In this document: positions 36,205-38,993 of the stretch, piece by piece
Layout of the letters: every line of letters begins with the position of its first letter
How positions within the stretch are numbered: the stretch's first letter is position 1
DNA from: a virus
Taxonomy: Duplodnaviria > Caudoviricetes
Reading direction: 5' to 3' (one strand)
DNA length: 38,993 nt
Virus record (IMG/VR): IMGVR_UViG_3300025018_000285
Location: 1 to 38,993 of that record
Made by a program: the position numbers and the translations under genes
The notes under the pieces: generated by a model
Database searches by the model: none
Seen by the model: only the letters and a program-made list of their open reading frames with translations
Told to the model about the DNA's origin: nothing

Positions 36205-36690
36205 ATGAATAAATTATTTACAGTAACACGAAGAGATTTAAGTCTCGGACAACAAACAGCACAAACTGCTCATGCAGTTGGAGAAGCTTCTATAAATTTA
36301 TATAGAAATGGGAATTTTAATACTTTTATACAAACAACTCATGTTGTTTGCTTGACAGTAGAAAACGAATTTCAAATGCATGTAGCTATAAAAACGCTTA
36401 ATAAAATAATGAACATGCATATCAATAAATTTCATGAACCTGATTTAAAAAATCAATTGACTTCTATATCTTTTATAGCTCACGAAAATATGGGTAAATT
36501 GTTGAAGAAAGAATTATTTGCAATAGGAATAGATTTGAAACTTGTTGGTGATAATACTAATATAAATAAAAAAGACCAAGAAGTCTCGATGTGTGAAAAG
36601 CAAAAACAAGAAGTAGCAGCAATGAAAGGTAAATTAAACTTTTTAGAACAAAGATTAAACGATATAACTGGTATAATAATAAGAAGTTAA
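36205..36690 (+). CDS. Pth2-like peptidyl-tRNA hydrolase
   Basis: KL..V.R.DL..GQ..AQ.AHA, VVCL.V..E, FHEPD....T.I. Confidence 0.7.
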   Translation: MNKLFTVTRRDLSLGQQTAQTAHAVGEASINLYRNGNFNTFIQTTHVVCLTVENEFQMHVAIKTLNKIMNMHINKFHEPDLKNQLTSISFIAHENMGKLLKKELFAIGIDLKLVGDNTNINKKDQEVSMCEKQKQEVAAMKGKLNFLEQRLNDITGIIIRS

Positions 36691-36691
36691 T

Positions 36692-36865
36692 ATGATAAAT
36701 TGGAAAATTAGAATTTTAGTTTATTTAATTACATTTGGATTAGTTATTGGTGTTATATTTAATAACACCAATAACTATAAGATTTCTCCTACATCAAAAA
36801 AATCAAACTTAGAAATGTATTGTACACATTATGAAGGTAGAAATTGGAGATGTATCGAAAGATAA
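36692..36865 (+). CDS. Small membrane protein not in the ORF track (57 aa, MINWKIRILVYL...WRCIER)
   Basis: Translated by hand; N-terminal TM helix; fills the gap. Confidence 0.65.
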   Translation: MINWKIRILVYLITFGLVIGVIFNNTNNYKISPTSKKSNLEMYCTHYEGRNWRCIER

Positions 36866-37605
36866 AACAAGTAAAAGTATTTAAAGTTGGTGGTTGTATT
36901 CGTGATACTTTGATGGGAGTAAAATCTAATGACATAGATTATGTTGTAGAAGCAAACTCTTATGAAGAAATGAAACAACATATTATAGATTCGAATTGTA
37001 AAATCTATAAAGAATTCCCACAGTATTTTACTATTCGGGCTAAGTCAATTGTAGGCGAAGATGTAGACTATACCCTTTGTAGAAAAGATGGATATTATTC
37101 AGATAACAGAAGACCTGATGAAGTACGAATTGGAACACTAGAAGAAGATTTGAGTAGAAGAGATTTTACTATGAATGCTATTGCATTTGAGATTACAAAT
37201 TCTTCTAGTCTTAAAATAGACAAATATAGTATTATTGATCCATTTGGTGGATATAAAGATATTAAAAATAAAATTATTCGTTGCGTTGGTGATACAGAGG
37301 AAAGATTCAATGAAGATCCTCTTAGAGTTATTAGAGCTTTGAGATTTTCTATTTTAAAAGATTTTAATCTTAGTAGAGAAATTTTGAATTACTTAAAAAG
37401 GCCATTTTTTTTACTTTCAAGATTGCAAACAATTAGTTCTGAAAGAATTGTCGTTGAGTTGAATAAATGCTTTACTTTCGATACTTATAGAACCTTACAA
37501 GTTTTTTTTAGAAAAGAGTATCGTGATCTTGATAGAATAATGAAGAGATTATTAGAAGATAAAAAAATAGATTTAGGAGCTACTTATCTTCCCGATAAAA
37601 AATAA
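36850..37605 (+). CDS. cca: tRNA nucleotidyltransferase (CCA-adding/poly(A) polymerase family, class II)
   Basis: VGGCIRD, DIDYVV, EDLSRRDFTMNAIA, DPFGG..D, RFNEDPLRVIRALRF, ERI..E..K. Confidence 0.9.
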   Translation: MYRKIKQVKVFKVGGCIRDTLMGVKSNDIDYVVEANSYEEMKQHIIDSNCKIYKEFPQYFTIRAKSIVGEDVDYTLCRKDGYYSDNRRPDEVRIGTLEEDLSRRDFTMNAIAFEITNSSSLKIDKYSIIDPFGGYKDIKNKIIRCVGDTEERFNEDPLRVIRALRFSILKDFNLSREILNYLKRPFFLLSRLQTISSERIVVELNKCFTFDTYRTLQVFFRKEYRDLDRIMKRLLEDKKIDLGATYLPDKK

Positions 37606-37606
37606 T

Positions 37607-37810
37607 ATGGAAAAGAAAAAATCAATGATTCCGATTCATATATTTGTTATTGTAGATGCTATAGTTTTAGCTTTTTTACCATTTGGGTTAGATATGATCG
37701 GTAGTGGTAAACTATTTTTTTTTGCTAGTTGTATGTTTACATTAGCATTTATAGTTTCAAGAGTTCTATTTTATGTAGAAAAATTAAATAAAATTGAGGA
37801 GATTAAATGA
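37607..37810 (+). CDS. Small two-TM membrane protein
   Basis: Two hydrophobic segments. Confidence 0.7.
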   Translation: MEKKKSMIPIHIFVIVDAIVLAFLPFGLDMIGSGKLFFFASCMFTLAFIVSRVLFYVEKLNKIEEIK

Positions 37811-38034
37811 GTTCAAAAGAAATGATAATCTTTTTTCTTTTGTTTCTTCAAGTGTTTACAACACTTTTCTTTTTAGGAGTAATTTCTCCATTAATGTTTT
37901 CGAGTACTAATAATATATTTGTAATATTATCACCTATTTTAACAATAGCGTGCATTCTTTCAAATTTTTATTACATACCAAAGATATTAAGTTTAAGAAA
38001 GAAAAAAGAAGAAAAAAGAGGAAAAAAAGAATGA
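37807..38034 (+). CDS. Small two-TM membrane protein with basic tail
   Basis: GAGGAG RBS, two hydrophobic segments. Confidence 0.7.
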   Translation: MSSKEMIIFFLLFLQVFTTLFFLGVISPLMFSSTNNIFVILSPILTIACILSNFYYIPKILSLRKKKEEKRGKKE

Positions 38035-38900
38035 GAGAAAATGACAGTTGGCTTAGTTTTAAAACAAAACTATATACGTTTATAATAACATCAATCGTGA
38101 TTGCGTTTACCGTTGGAATTACCGGATGCGAAAAAGTACCCGCAGGTTACGTTGGAGTCAAGGTTTACCTATTAGGTTCAAACAAAGGAGTTGACTCGGA
38201 AGAACTTGGTGTTGGTAGATATTGGTTAAGTATCAATGAAGATTTATACCTATATCCGACTTTTACAAAAAACTATGTATGGACAGCTGACTCAGAAGAA
38301 GGATCAGAAAACAATGAGTCAATAAATATTCAAACCAAAGAAGGACTTACTGTAAACGCTGATGTTGGAATTCAATTTAGAATTGAACCAAATCAAGCAA
38401 ATGAACTATTTCAGACTTATAGAAAAGGAATAGATGAAATTACAGATATAGTTTTGAGAAACGCTGTAAGAGATACTTTAAATAGATTGGCTAGTGGAAT
38501 GACCAGCGAAGCTATCTATGGAGCAGGTAGAGTAGAATTAATTGAAAAAACTACTGATACTATACAAAAAGAGTTTTTTTCAAAGGGAATTCTTGTAGAG
38601 AAAATATATTGGACAGGAGATATGAGATTACCTATGAAAATTAAAGAAGCTCTCGATAAAAAAATCGAGTCAATTCAAAGGTCTGAACAAAGAGAGAATG
38701 AGTTGAGAGAAGCTTTGGCTCAGGCCCAAATAGATAAAGCGAAAGCACAAGGTCAAGCTGATAAAATTAGATTAGAGTCTACTCAGTTGAGACCATTGAT
38801 GATTCAAAAGATGTGGATTGACAAATGGAATGGTTCGGTTCCTACTTATATGATGGGTGGAAACACTTCTAATATGATTATGATGACACCAGCCAAGTAA
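38031..38900 (+). CDS. SPFH/Band-7 (prohibitin-like) membrane protein; start revised from 37950
   Basis: TM followed by GCEKVPAGYVGVKV, coiled coil, WIDKWNGSVP. Confidence 0.88.
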   Translation: MRENDSWLSFKTKLYTFIITSIVIAFTVGITGCEKVPAGYVGVKVYLLGSNKGVDSEELGVGRYWLSINEDLYLYPTFTKNYVWTADSEEGSENNESINIQTKEGLTVNADVGIQFRIEPNQANELFQTYRKGIDEITDIVLRNAVRDTLNRLASGMTSEAIYGAGRVELIEKTTDTIQKEFFSKGILVEKIYWTGDMRLPMKIKEALDKKIESIQRSEQRENELREALAQAQIDKAKAQGQADKIRLESTQLRPLMIQKMWIDKWNGSVPTYMMGGNTSNMIMMTPAK

Positions 38901-38912
38901 GAGTTAAAAATT

Positions 38913-38940
38913 AAAAGAGAGACTTTTGTCTCTCTTTTTT
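38913..38940 (+). terminator. Intrinsic terminator
   Basis: AAAAGAGAGAC-TTTT-GTCTCTCTTTTTT. Confidence 0.88.
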
Positions 38941-38943
38941 CTA

Positions 38944-38972
38944 TTGACTTTTATTATATACAATGATAGAAT
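38944..38972 (+). promoter_or_regulatory. Sigma70-type promoter for the gene starting at 38991
   Basis: TTGACT-17-TAGAAT with TG extension; AGGTG RBS. Confidence 0.8.
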
Positions 38973-38993
38973 ATATATAGGTGAAATAAAATG

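Noticed and set aside
455-37310. Short antisense or alternate-frame ORFs (455, 2226, 2991, 4761, 6260, 16013, 18286, 20269, 20828, 23176, 27968, 29763, 30783, 32855, 33528, 37095)
   Set aside because: They overlap well-supported genes and lack motifs or start signals.
37607-38034. Holin assignment for the two-TM proteins
   Set aside because: Topology fits, but they lie in an early operon beside SPFH with no specific evidence.
1-38993. Stop-codon reassignment, tRNA or rRNA genes
   Set aside because: Genes end at TAA, TAG and TGA with dense code-11 packing; no cloverleaf or rRNA-like stretch was seen in the short intergenic gaps.

Overview
AT-rich (standard code 11) segment of a large T4-like (jumbo-type) bacteriophage genome. 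It carries replication genes (a split DnaE family-C polymerase, TOPRIM primase, gp41/DnaB helicase, DEDDh exonuclease), packaging and structural genes (gp17-like terminase, gp20-like portal, two gp26-like baseplate hub paralogs), two phage sigma factors and auxiliary genes (CobT/CobS-like VWA+AAA pair, two SpeD-like decarboxylases, ClpP, Hsp20, transglycosylase, phosphoesterase, Pth2-like, CCA-adding enzyme, SPFH). Two observations stand out. (1) DnaE is broken inside its catalytic FERFLN.ER/S.PDID motif into two genes whose new ends look like a split half-Hint (intein-like) module with no splicing residues, and a second Hint-like insert sits in the PHP domain. (2) About eleven genes share a T4 capsid-targeting-like N-terminal peptide (MKxF.EYY.E, ending Y-x-E), mostly behind a TAAATATA late-type promoter. 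They include two HipA-like kinases, a zinc protease, a GNAT-like protein, an exonuclease and a circularly permuted HAD phosphatase, suggesting a head-packaged, injected enzyme set. All family calls come from motif recognition by eye; no searches were run.
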